This document shows positions 25,873-33,303 of a stretch of DNA of 33,303 nucleotides, one piece after another. The notes beneath the pieces are model-generated. The model saw only the letters and a program-made list of their open reading frames with translations. It ran no database searches and had not been told where the DNA came from. Positions within the stretch are counted from its first letter, which is position 1. Every line of letters begins with the position of its first letter. The DNA comes from Candidatus Peregrinibacteria bacterium CG11_big_fil_rev_8_21_14_0_20_46_8 (lineage in GTDB: Bacteria; Patescibacteriota; Gracilibacteria; UBA1369; UM-FILTER-53-11): NCBI GenBank assembly GCA_002796025.1, contig PCVQ01000004.1, forward strand, positions 1 through 33,303, given 5' to 3'. A program made the position numbers and the translations under genes.

Positions 25873-26553
25873 ATGAAGGTATCTAAATTCATTGCAGCCG
25901 GCAGTATTGCTTCGCTGCTCTTTGTACTCTCGGCTTTGCCGGTCTCTGCACAGAGCGAAAGTGAAGAGACAGCTCCGCAAGCCCAGCACCGTGAATGTAA
26001 GCAAGAAGCTCATGATGCATTCCGCGCAGCATATCGCGCAGCATTTGAAAAACGTGCAGAAGCAACTGCTAAGGCACGTGCTGAATATCACGCAGCTCTT
26101 GATGTCGAGCTTGAGGATGGTGAAGATGGTTTGATTGCAAGACTTCGTCTTCGTTTAGAAGCGCGTCAGGCATTTCATGCAGCAGTACGTGAGGCAAATA
26201 ATGAATTTATTGAGACATTAAAGGAAGCTCGTGCCGAATATAAAGATGTAAAAGAAGAGTGCCGTGATGAATTTAAAGCAGAACGAGAAGAGGCTCGATT
26301 AGAAGTTGATGGTGAAGTGGATACTGATGTTGTTGATGATAATAATGAGGAGAGCACTGACGACGATGAGGATGAATCTGAAGATGAACTTGAAGCTGAG
26401 GAAGGCCGTAGAATTGAGTCTGAAATAGACGTAAAGATAGAGCGCAAGGGCAGAGGCGGAGAAGTGAAGATTGAACAGCAGTCTCGTATAGAGGATAAGA
26501 AAAAGGCGGGTCTAAAATCGGGGTTACGTCTTCGTTCGAATTTGGAATTATAA
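25873..26553 (+). CDS. Secreted helical protein with two Cys (C42, C130), acidic linker and basic tail
   Basis: Signal peptide ending VSA-Q; A/E/R-rich helices; D/E tract. Confidence 0.85.
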   Translation: MKVSKFIAAGSIASLLFVLSALPVSAQSESEETAPQAQHRECKQEAHDAFRAAYRAAFEKRAEATAKARAEYHAALDVELEDGEDGLIARLRLRLEARQAFHAAVREANNEFIETLKEARAEYKDVKEECRDEFKAEREEARLEVDGEVDTDVVDDNNEESTDDDEDESEDELEAEEGRRIESEIDVKIERKGRGGEVKIEQQSRIEDKKKAGLKSGLRLRSNLEL

Positions 26554-26593
26554 TTGTATTATTTTTTGTATGTAATTAATTTGTTAGTGGGAG

Positions 26594-26625
26594 GGACCTC
26601 TGAGACACGCTCGGGGGTCCTTTTT
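26594..26625 (+). terminator. Intrinsic terminator
   Basis: GGACCTCTGAG-acacg-CTCGGGGGTCC-TTTTT. Confidence 0.8.
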
Positions 26626-26634
26626 ATTTTATAA

Positions 26635-26710
26635 GCTTCGGCTTTTGCTCAGTCGTCGCTAAATTTGCGACTCCTTCGCTTCAGCCTACGCGCTCGGCCC
26701 GCGGCCTCGC
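26635..26710 (-). repeat. GC-rich structured REP-like element or small ncRNA
   Basis: Minus strand folds into stems interrupted by tandem GA and GUA/GAA internal loops; single copy in this window. Confidence 0.45.
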
Positions 26711-26751
26711 ATTTAATGTTATACTAATGTAAATAATCTTAATTATCTCTT

Positions 26752-27267
26752 ATGAACACATCGGAAGGTGGTAAACCACTTCAACAGCTCGAGCATGTTC
26801 TGGACGAATATTTGATTCATAAAGCACCATTTCAGCTGCCTGGCGGCTTAAAGCAGTTTATTGTAAAGGTAGCGCCTTGGCTCAATTTGCTGTTTATTAT
26901 TACACTATTGCCGGTGGTTTTATTTGCTTTAGGTCTCGGAGCCATCCTCTCTCCGTTCCTTTTGTTCGGAGATGCAGCGTACCATGCAGGTGCCGGTTTA
27001 TTTACGCTGATTTTTGCAGCCGGTTCAATTGTTTTACAGGCAATTGCAGTACCGGGACTCTTTAAGCGCAATGCGCAGGGATGGAACTTCCTTTACTATG
27101 CAACACTGCTTATGGCAGTCGCCGACATTGTTTATTTCAGTATTACCGGATTGATTGGGGTTTTGATTTCGCTCTATATTCTCTTTCAAGTGAAATCGTT
27201 GTATGCAGGCAAGACAGTTATGGCTGCGCCATCACCAAAAAGTCACCCACCAAAGCATCAAGACTAA
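26752..27267 (+). CDS. Integral membrane protein of unknown function
   Basis: About 4 hydrophobic segments; KAPFQLP, PGLF.R...GW, YILFQVK. Confidence 0.85.
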   Translation: MNTSEGGKPLQQLEHVLDEYLIHKAPFQLPGGLKQFIVKVAPWLNLLFIITLLPVVLFALGLGAILSPFLLFGDAAYHAGAGLFTLIFAAGSIVLQAIAVPGLFKRNAQGWNFLYYATLLMAVADIVYFSITGLIGVLISLYILFQVKSLYAGKTVMAAPSPKSHPPKHQD

Positions 27268-28103
27268 GTTCGCAGCGCGTCAGAAATTGCCTGATTAATT
27301 TCTGCTTTATTGCGAACAATAGAGCGTGAGCTATGTTTTCCGGGCATAATTCTATGTTGGCCGGCCGTGCTAAAGCGGGCAACATTTGCATTTGTAACCA
27401 TGCGGTCCGTCTCAAAACCAAGTGAAGTAATAGGAACTTCAAGAGTTCGTTCCGGCAAATTCGCTTGTTCGGCATTTGCAAATGTATTTCCCGCAAATGC
27501 GAGAACATTTGTAGCTTCTTTATCGTTGCGTATTTCCAGCGAGGCAAGTTGTATGATACTTTTCGCTCCAGCCTCTGCAGCTCTCATTAATAATGAACGA
27601 GAGGCGTCTTTGACCCAGCGAAGTCGATCGAGCTCTATGCAATGCTTTGCAGCAAGTTGCCAAGTTTGGCTGAGATCATCTTGCATCACTGGAGCGCAGA
27701 GCGTAACGAGCTTTGTACACCGCCTAAAGAGCGCCGGATTTTTTTGTTGAAGATATTTAAGGAATTGAACTGCCGTAGAGCCTCCGAGCGACATTGCTGC
27801 AATACTAAATTCATTTGGATTTAGCTCTTCAATCATTCTCTCGTACTGCCAGAACAAAAAGTCGTGCCGTGTTTTTTGTGTAATTGCACGATGACTGAGA
27901 ACTGTATTTTGTTCAGGCTTCCAAAGCGTTGCATCTAAGCCGATACTTTGTGCTGAAATTCCGAATCCAGGAATAATGAATGTGAGTTTCCCATACTGCG
28001 GGCCTTGCAACCTTTCAAAAGCTGTTGGTGTGAGTCCATCGAATTCGTCAGGAAAATGTAATTCATCGATCTGTTCTTCATAGGGCGCAGTTGCTGTTTC
28101 CAT
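27264..28103 (-). CDS. Alpha/beta hydrolase fold protein
   Basis: IIPGFG oxyanion strand, AMSLGG nucleophile elbow, ETDRMV acid, GKHS His. Confidence 0.75.
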   Translation of the reverse strand: METATAPYEEQIDELHFPDEFDGLTPTAFERLQGPQYGKLTFIIPGFGISAQSIGLDATLWKPEQNTVLSHRAITQKTRHDFLFWQYERMIEELNPNEFSIAAMSLGGSTAVQFLKYLQQKNPALFRRCTKLVTLCAPVMQDDLSQTWQLAAKHCIELDRLRWVKDASRSLLMRAAEAGAKSIIQLASLEIRNDKEATNVLAFAGNTFANAEQANLPERTLEVPITSLGFETDRMVTNANVARFSTAGQHRIMPGKHSSRSIVRNKAEINQAISDALRT

Positions 28104-28108
28104 ATTGT

Positions 28109-28477
28109 TTATTGTTTAATTTTTTTAACCGCTTCCTGAAGCGTTTCGAGTGCCAGCAGACCGCACTTGATTCGTGCCGGGCCGAGTTCTGTGCCGAGCC
28201 ATTCAAAGATATTGTGTGGGCCCCAATCTGAAATATCGTTAAGGAGAACGCCTTTGGCCTCTTCGGTAAGCAAACTCGCTGCAGCAATAGAAATTGCGCA
28301 GCCTTCGCCTTCAAAAGATAGATCGGTAATTTTCTCACTATCTTTTTTTATATATATTCGCACACGGTCGCCGCACGTCACATTTGCCCCGCTGTTCGTA
28401 ATATGGGCATCCGGCATCGACCGCTTGTTTACAGGGTTTTTGTAGAGATCAATAATGAGTTCGCGGTAGAGATTCAT
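28109..28477 (-). CDS. sufU: SUF system Fe-S assembly protein, NifU/SufU family
   Basis: LYRELIID.Y.NP.N, N.TCGD, GCAIS.AAAS, RIKC. Confidence 0.95.
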   Translation of the reverse strand: MNLYRELIIDLYKNPVNKRSMPDAHITNSGANVTCGDRVRIYIKKDSEKITDLSFEGEGCAISIAAASLLTEEAKGVLLNDISDWGPHNIFEWLGTELGPARIKCGLLALETLQEAVKKIKQ

Positions 28478-29676
28478 GATTTGAAGATCTTTTTAACATT
28501 TCTTAAGCCGGCTGCCAAGCGGTCGATATCTTGTTCAGTATTATAAAGATAGAAGCTCGCGCGTACGGTTGCAGGCAGATTAAGCCGCTCCATAAGGGGC
28601 ATACAGCAATGGTGACCCGCTCGCACCGCGATATTATCTTCATTTAAAATTTCGGCAATGTCGTGGGGATGAATTCCTTCAATACCGAATGAAAGTACAC
28701 CGCTTTGCATTGCCGGATTATTTGGACCATAAAGCTGCACTCCATCAATTGCGCCGAGCGTTTTGAGTGCATAATGTAACAGCTGCTTCTCGTGATCGCG
28801 AATTTTATTCATGCCGATACTTTGTAAGTAGCGCATAGCGGCTGCCAATCCAATTGCCTCTGCAATAGGCGGCGTACCTGCCTCAAATTTATTCGGCGCC
28901 TTTTGAAAGGTGGATTTTTTAAGATGCACTTCTTTAATCATGCCGCCACCAAAGTGCCATGGCAGTTCAAGTTTTTCTTGTACGCGCTCTTTCATATAGA
29001 GCACTCCAATGCCGGTTGGCCCGCACATTTTATGACCGGAAAAAACAACAAAGTCTGCATCTAAATACTGCACGTCCAGCGGCATGTGCGGTGCGCTCTG
29101 TGCGGCATCTACAAGGACTTTTATGCCCGCAGCGTGCGCCTGCTGAATGATTTTTCGGAGCGGCACAATTGTGCCGAGTGCATTAGAAACATGTGTGATG
29201 GTGAGCAGGCGAGTTTGCCGTGAAAGCAGTTTTAAAAACTGTTCCTCGCGCAGCGTTCCGTCATCATTAACATCAATATGTTTAAGCGCGCATTTCTTTT
29301 CACGCGCCAACATTTGCCACGGAACGAGATTGCTGTGATGTTCTAGAACTGTGGTGAGAATTTCGTCGCCTTCGCGTACAAATTGTCGTCCCCACGATTG
29401 TGCTAAGCCATTAATTGCTTCAGTGGTGCCGCGCGTAAAGATAATTTCGTGCGCTTGTTTTGCATTGATAAATTCGCGCACAGTCTCTCTGGCTCCTTCA
29501 TATGCAACTGTTGCGCGCTCGCTTAAATCGTACAGTCCGCGGTGAATATTCGCGCTGAATCCGGTGTAGTACTCATTCATAGCATCGAGCACCGGCTGCG
29601 GCTTGAGCGATGTTGCGGCGCTGTCTAAATAGACAAGCTCCGGCTGCTTTTGCAATAGAGGAAAATCACTTCTCAT
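28474..29676 (-). CDS. sufS: Cysteine desulfurase
   Basis: YLDSAATSLKP, EHHSN, FSGHKMCGPTG, RAGHHC; start MRSDFP. Confidence 0.98.
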   Translation of the reverse strand: MRSDFPLLQKQPELVYLDSAATSLKPQPVLDAMNEYYTGFSANIHRGLYDLSERATVAYEGARETVREFINAKQAHEIIFTRGTTEAINGLAQSWGRQFVREGDEILTTVLEHHSNLVPWQMLAREKKCALKHIDVNDDGTLREEQFLKLLSRQTRLLTITHVSNALGTIVPLRKIIQQAHAAGIKVLVDAAQSAPHMPLDVQYLDADFVVFSGHKMCGPTGIGVLYMKERVQEKLELPWHFGGGMIKEVHLKKSTFQKAPNKFEAGTPPIAEAIGLAAAMRYLQSIGMNKIRDHEKQLLHYALKTLGAIDGVQLYGPNNPAMQSGVLSFGIEGIHPHDIAEILNEDNIAVRAGHHCCMPLMERLNLPATVRASFYLYNTEQDIDRLAAGLRNVKKIFKS

Positions 29677-29753
29677 ATGAGCCACGAGTATAACGAAGGA
29701 GTATTTGGAAGTCCAGAATTGCATACCCTATAATAGGGAGTAGAATCTCACTA

Positions 29754-30287
29754 ATGGATTACATTTTTGTCACAGGAATTATCGGTTCACTTGTGCTTGT
29801 TACCGGCGCCGCGTGGCCGGAATCAAAAAAGGCGCGCCATCCGGTGCAATCTGCAAAAAATTGGCTCTTTGCAATCGGAGGTCTGATACTTTTACTATAC
29901 GCACTGCTTGGTTATTTGAACGGCGGCCCAATTTTCTTCGTCTTTTTAGAGGTGCTTATTTTGATCGCAAGTATTTTGATGATGCTCAATGTGCCGGACA
30001 GAATCGATATTCCGGTCATTCTTGGCTGTGCGGCTATTCTTATTATTTGGTCGTTAGCCCTTTTTGAAGATTATAGAACGATTATTTTTATTCTTGGTCT
30101 TGCGGGTGTCGGTTTAGGCTATGCATTTGATATGCGCTCTTTGAAGCGCGATGCAGCGCTCACCGGCGGCAGTATTTTGATTGCGTTTTTTAGTTATACT
30201 GAAGGCAGCTGGATATTCTTTTGGCTCAATGTCTTTTTTGCAATTTTTTCCGCCTTTTATCTATTTAAACACTTACAACGCACATGA
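29754..30287 (+). CDS. Membrane protein with duplicated 3-TM (PQ-loop/CBU_0592-like) units
   Basis: IGGLILLLYAL...IFFVFLEV resembles GGSILIAFFSY...IFFWLNV. Confidence 0.7.
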   Translation: MDYIFVTGIIGSLVLVTGAAWPESKKARHPVQSAKNWLFAIGGLILLLYALLGYLNGGPIFFVFLEVLILIASILMMLNVPDRIDIPVILGCAAILIIWSLALFEDYRTIIFILGLAGVGLGYAFDMRSLKRDAALTGGSILIAFFSYTEGSWIFFWLNVFFAIFSAFYLFKHLQRT

Positions 30288-30718
30288 TTTTCTCATTTGA
30301 TGCAATCATTCTCTATTTAAAAATCGTTACTATTTTTATAGGATTTATGAGTTTCTATGGCATTTTTTTTCAAACATTTGATCCAACCGGATGGATGGAA
30401 AATCAGATGAGCAGAGCGATGTTTGGAAAAGATAAATTAACTGATGAACAAGCACGTGCGTTTCGCTTTCCAATGATGCTTTTTTGCTTGGCGAGTCTAT
30501 GTCTTGCAATCTTTATGTACGCTTTTATTCACTATGTTTTGGCAGAGCAGGTGCTGTGGGCCTGGTATATCTTTATGGCACCGCTCGTACTTTGGTTTGT
30601 TTTTGCCGGTTGGTATACACTTCGAAACGGACTGAGATTTTATTTTCTCTATTCGGTGATTCCTTTTGAACTTTTGTATGTGCCTGCTCTTCTGCTGCTG
30701 AAGCCTTATTTAGTGTGA
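30284..30718 (+). CDS. Integral membrane protein of unknown function
   Basis: 4 hydrophobic segments; ATGA coupling with the upstream gene. Confidence 0.8.
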   Translation: MIFSFDAIILYLKIVTIFIGFMSFYGIFFQTFDPTGWMENQMSRAMFGKDKLTDEQARAFRFPMMLFCLASLCLAIFMYAFIHYVLAEQVLWAWYIFMAPLVLWFVFAGWYTLRNGLRFYFLYSVIPFELLYVPALLLLKPYLV

Positions 30719-31632
30719 AGCTTTAATGCATCTAATTTTGCCTCTACTGTCTTTTTTATTGTTGAGGCAAAGGGCATATTCGCATATGCGTCTTGCATAA
30801 AACCTTCGGCGATCATGTGGATGGCCTCTTCTTCTGGAATACCGCGGCTTGCGGCATAAAAGAGCTGTTCGTCGTCAACGCGGGTGATTGCGGCTGAATG
30901 TCCTGCAGTCACATCGTTCGTGTCGATTTTGAGTCGGGGAATTGCATCTATTTTGCACTCGCTTGAGAGGAGCAGCGCCTCTTCTTCCAGCTGGCCGTCG
31001 CAGCCGTGACCGGTCTGTTCTATAACGATACCGCCGTCGAAGCGGCCGTGTGCCGTGCCGTGGAGTGCGCCTTGTGCGGTGATCTGAGCCCGGCCGTTGA
31101 TGCCGCGCATGTAGGTTGTAGAAAAGATTTCGAAATTCTGCGTCTCGTTTCCAAAGAAAATATTGTGCTGCTTGAGGCGCGCTTCAGCGCCGGTCAGTGT
31201 TGTTTCTAAAATAAGCGTGCTCTGCGCAGCGCCAAATGTGCCGGTATAGCATTCGAGCTCAGCGCCCTCTTCAAGTTCGATTTGAAAAATCGCAAAGCCA
31301 TTTTCTGTTGATGCCAGATTTTGCAAATAAGGGAGGATGAGTTTGGAATTTTTTTTCTGTACAATGCTCACTGCGGTGAGGCCTGGAGTTGCTTCCAGTG
31401 TTGGCAGCTCTAGAGTTTGTCCTTCCGCGACGGTGATTGTTGCTGTGCGGATATTTTTATCTGCACGTTTCTCGGCTGCTCGCAGGCTGGCAGTGGCACG
31501 TTCATACCCTTTCATACGGAGTTGTTTTCCAGTTGGGTCCTGCGTAGGAATATGCGCTTTAATTTGCTCGCACGTTGTAGTTGTCCAGTGAATCATAAGA
31601 AAAAGCCTGCTTTCGGCAGGCTGGTTATCCAA
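30706..31632 (-). CDS. sufD: SufD-family Fe-S assembly protein (short, divergent N-terminus)
   Basis: DAIPRLKI..NDV.AGHSA....DDEQLFY..SRGI..EEA. Confidence 0.9.
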   Translation of the reverse strand: MDNQPAESRLFLMIHWTTTTCEQIKAHIPTQDPTGKQLRMKGYERATASLRAAEKRADKNIRTATITVAEGQTLELPTLEATPGLTAVSIVQKKNSKLILPYLQNLASTENGFAIFQIELEEGAELECYTGTFGAAQSTLILETTLTGAEARLKQHNIFFGNETQNFEIFSTTYMRGINGRAQITAQGALHGTAHGRFDGGIVIEQTGHGCDGQLEEEALLLSSECKIDAIPRLKIDTNDVTAGHSAAITRVDDEQLFYAASRGIPEEEAIHMIAEGFMQDAYANMPFASTIKKTVEAKLDALKLHTK

Positions 31633-33043
31633 TCGCTCCGGCCTCTTCCATTTCTAATTCGATAAGGCGGTTCATCTCTACCGCATATTCCAGCGGCATG
31701 GCTTTTACAATCGGTTCGATAAATCCATTTACAATCATCGCGATCGCTTCATCTTCACTTAAGCCGCGGCTCATCGCATAGAATAATTGCTCTTCACTGA
31801 TTTTTCCAACAGTAGCCTCGTGTGCAATCGAGATGTCGTTTTCTTCGATGCGTATGTCGGGGATGGTGTCTGAAATTGAGTGATCGTCGAGCAGCAATGC
31901 ATCGCAGCGCACCTGTGCTTTACTTCCTTTCGCGCCTTTCAAAATCCGCAGCAATCCCCGGTACACCGACTTCCCTCCATTTTTGCTGATACTCTTCATC
32001 ACAACTTTACTGCTGGTATTCGGCGCCGCATGAATTACTTTGGCGCCCGTATCTTGAATCTGATCTTTATTTGCAAATGCGATGCCAAGGTGATCGGCAC
32101 GCGCGCCCTCGCCGCGCAAAATAGAACACGGATAGAGCATTGTTGCACCGCTTCCCATGTTTCCGCCAACCCACTCCATAACACCATTGCGGTCTACTAA
32201 CGCACGCTTGGTATTCAAGTTATAGGTATTGCGGCTCCAGTTTTCTACAGAAGAGTAGCGGAAGCGTGCGCCCTCTTTTACAAAAACCTCGACCAATCCC
32301 GCATGAATTGAAGGTGATTCATATTTTGGCGCCGAACATCCTTCTATATATGAGCCCTGTGCACCATTCTCGACAATAATCAAAGTATGTTCAAACTGCC
32401 CCATAGACTGTGCATTCATTCTAAAATACGCTTGCAACGGCTGATCTACATTCACACCTTCCGGAATATATATAAACGTGCCGCCGCTCCATACCGCGCC
32501 GTGCAGTGCCGCAAACTTGTGGTCGTGCATCGGCACGCAGCGCATAAAGTACTGCTTCACCAAATCCGGATACTTTTGCAGTGCAGTATCCATATCCTCA
32601 AAAATTACACCTTTTTCGCCCCATTTCTCCTTTAAGCGGTGATAAACATTTTCGCTCTCGTACTGGGCTCCTGCGCCGGCAAGATATTTCCGCTCTGCTT
32701 CCGGAATTCCTAATTTTTCGAAAGTGCGTTTAATATCTGCGGGAACATCTTCCCAGTTGTGGCTTGGCTTAATTTCTCCTGGCCGCGCATAGTAAATAAT
32801 CTCATCTAAATTGAGTTTAGAAAGATCCGGACCCCAGCCTGGCATAGGTTTTTCTAAAAAAACTTTCAGTGATTTTAGGCGGTGCTCCAGCATCCACGGC
32901 GGCTCCTTTTTGTCTCCGGAAATGCGGCGTACTACTGCTTCACTCAAGCCGCGAACCGCGCCCTCCGCATATGCCGAATCATTCGCGCTATCGAGCGTTT
33001 CTCGATTTAAATTTCCAACATAGTCCAGGGTAACATTTGCCAT
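31625..33043 (-). CDS. sufB: Fe-S cluster assembly protein SufB
   Basis: GAGAQYESE, VWSGGTF, GQFEHTLI, YIEGCSAP, HEATVGKIS, PLEYAVE. Confidence 0.99.
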   Translation of the reverse strand: MANVTLDYVGNLNRETLDSANDSAYAEGAVRGLSEAVVRRISGDKKEPPWMLEHRLKSLKVFLEKPMPGWGPDLSKLNLDEIIYYARPGEIKPSHNWEDVPADIKRTFEKLGIPEAERKYLAGAGAQYESENVYHRLKEKWGEKGVIFEDMDTALQKYPDLVKQYFMRCVPMHDHKFAALHGAVWSGGTFIYIPEGVNVDQPLQAYFRMNAQSMGQFEHTLIIVENGAQGSYIEGCSAPKYESPSIHAGLVEVFVKEGARFRYSSVENWSRNTYNLNTKRALVDRNGVMEWVGGNMGSGATMLYPCSILRGEGARADHLGIAFANKDQIQDTGAKVIHAAPNTSSKVVMKSISKNGGKSVYRGLLRILKGAKGSKAQVRCDALLLDDHSISDTIPDIRIEENDISIAHEATVGKISEEQLFYAMSRGLSEDEAIAMIVNGFIEPIVKAMPLEYAVEMNRLIELEMEEAGAIG

Positions 33044-33058
33044 AAAAATTTTTGTACA

Positions 33059-33303
33059 TTACGCATTCATGGGGACCGCCTCTGCATCTGCTTCTTTTTT
33101 AATCCAGTCGTATCCTTCTTGTTCCAGCTTTTCGCCAAGTTCCGGTCCGCCGCTCTTTACAATTTTGCCGTCTATCATAACGTGCACATAGGTCGGCTTA
33201 ATGTAGTGCAAAATGCGCTGATAGTGTGTAATGAGGAGCATACCGCGCTGCGGTGAGCGCAACTTCTCAACACCTTCTGCAACGATCTTCAGAGCATCAA
33301 CAT
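33059..33303 (-). CDS. sufC: Fe-S assembly ATPase SufC, C-terminal part
   Basis: [10 protein letters not shown]...[30 protein letters not shown]...LE..GY. Confidence 0.97.
   Translation of the reverse strand, partial: VDALKIVAEGVEKLRSPQRGMLLITHYQRILHYIKPTYVHVMIDGKIVKSGGPELGEKLEQEGYDWIKKEADAEAVPMNA

Noticed and set aside
1164..33023. Numerous short antisense or nested ORFs in the track (e.g. 2473-3057, 18064-18504, 27310-27750)
   Set aside because: Shadow ORFs of well-supported genes with no recognisable motifs
1..33303. Genetic code 25 (UGA = Gly, as in Gracilibacteria)
   Set aside because: Conserved genes have no internal TGA, and sufS and DUF2267 end at TGA at their expected C-termini

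Overview
Compact chromosomal segment from a bacterium using genetic code 11. It is most likely a CPR/Patescibacteria member (Peregrinibacteria-like); this is inferred from gene content, near-absence of Shine-Dalgarno sites and typical hypothetical families. Housekeeping genes: eno, rpsO-pnp, nth, sufC(partial)-sufB-sufD...sufS-sufU, and tRNA-Arg(CCT), tRNA-Gly(GCC), tRNA-Phe(GAA). Other genes: an SDR, hicB with a frameshifted hicA, two CNNM/CBS membrane proteins around an aldehyde dehydrogenase, an internally deleted DUF427 gene, VKOR, a metal-ligand-less MBL-fold protein, a Lys/Arg/Ala histone-like protein and a CDF transporter. Two accessory modules stand out. (1) A TrmB-type regulator sits between two paralogous Cys-rich zinc-ribbon/solenoid proteins, with repeated palindromic operators; one paralogue has no canonical start codon. 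(2) A ~19.3-26.6 kb cluster holds an ECF sigma factor with no adjacent anti-sigma, ECF-type promoters, a secreted 8-repeat dockerin/EF-hand-like protein, a secreted TraB/Tiki-like metallo-hydrolase, a radical SAM enzyme, DUF2267 and two Cys-stapled helical secreted proteins. Two window-wide initiation signals are visible: -10 boxes 6-10 nt before start codons (leaderless-like), and a recurrent TTTTTTAACCCC motif at SD distance before several other start codons. No CRISPR array, integrase or transposase was seen.
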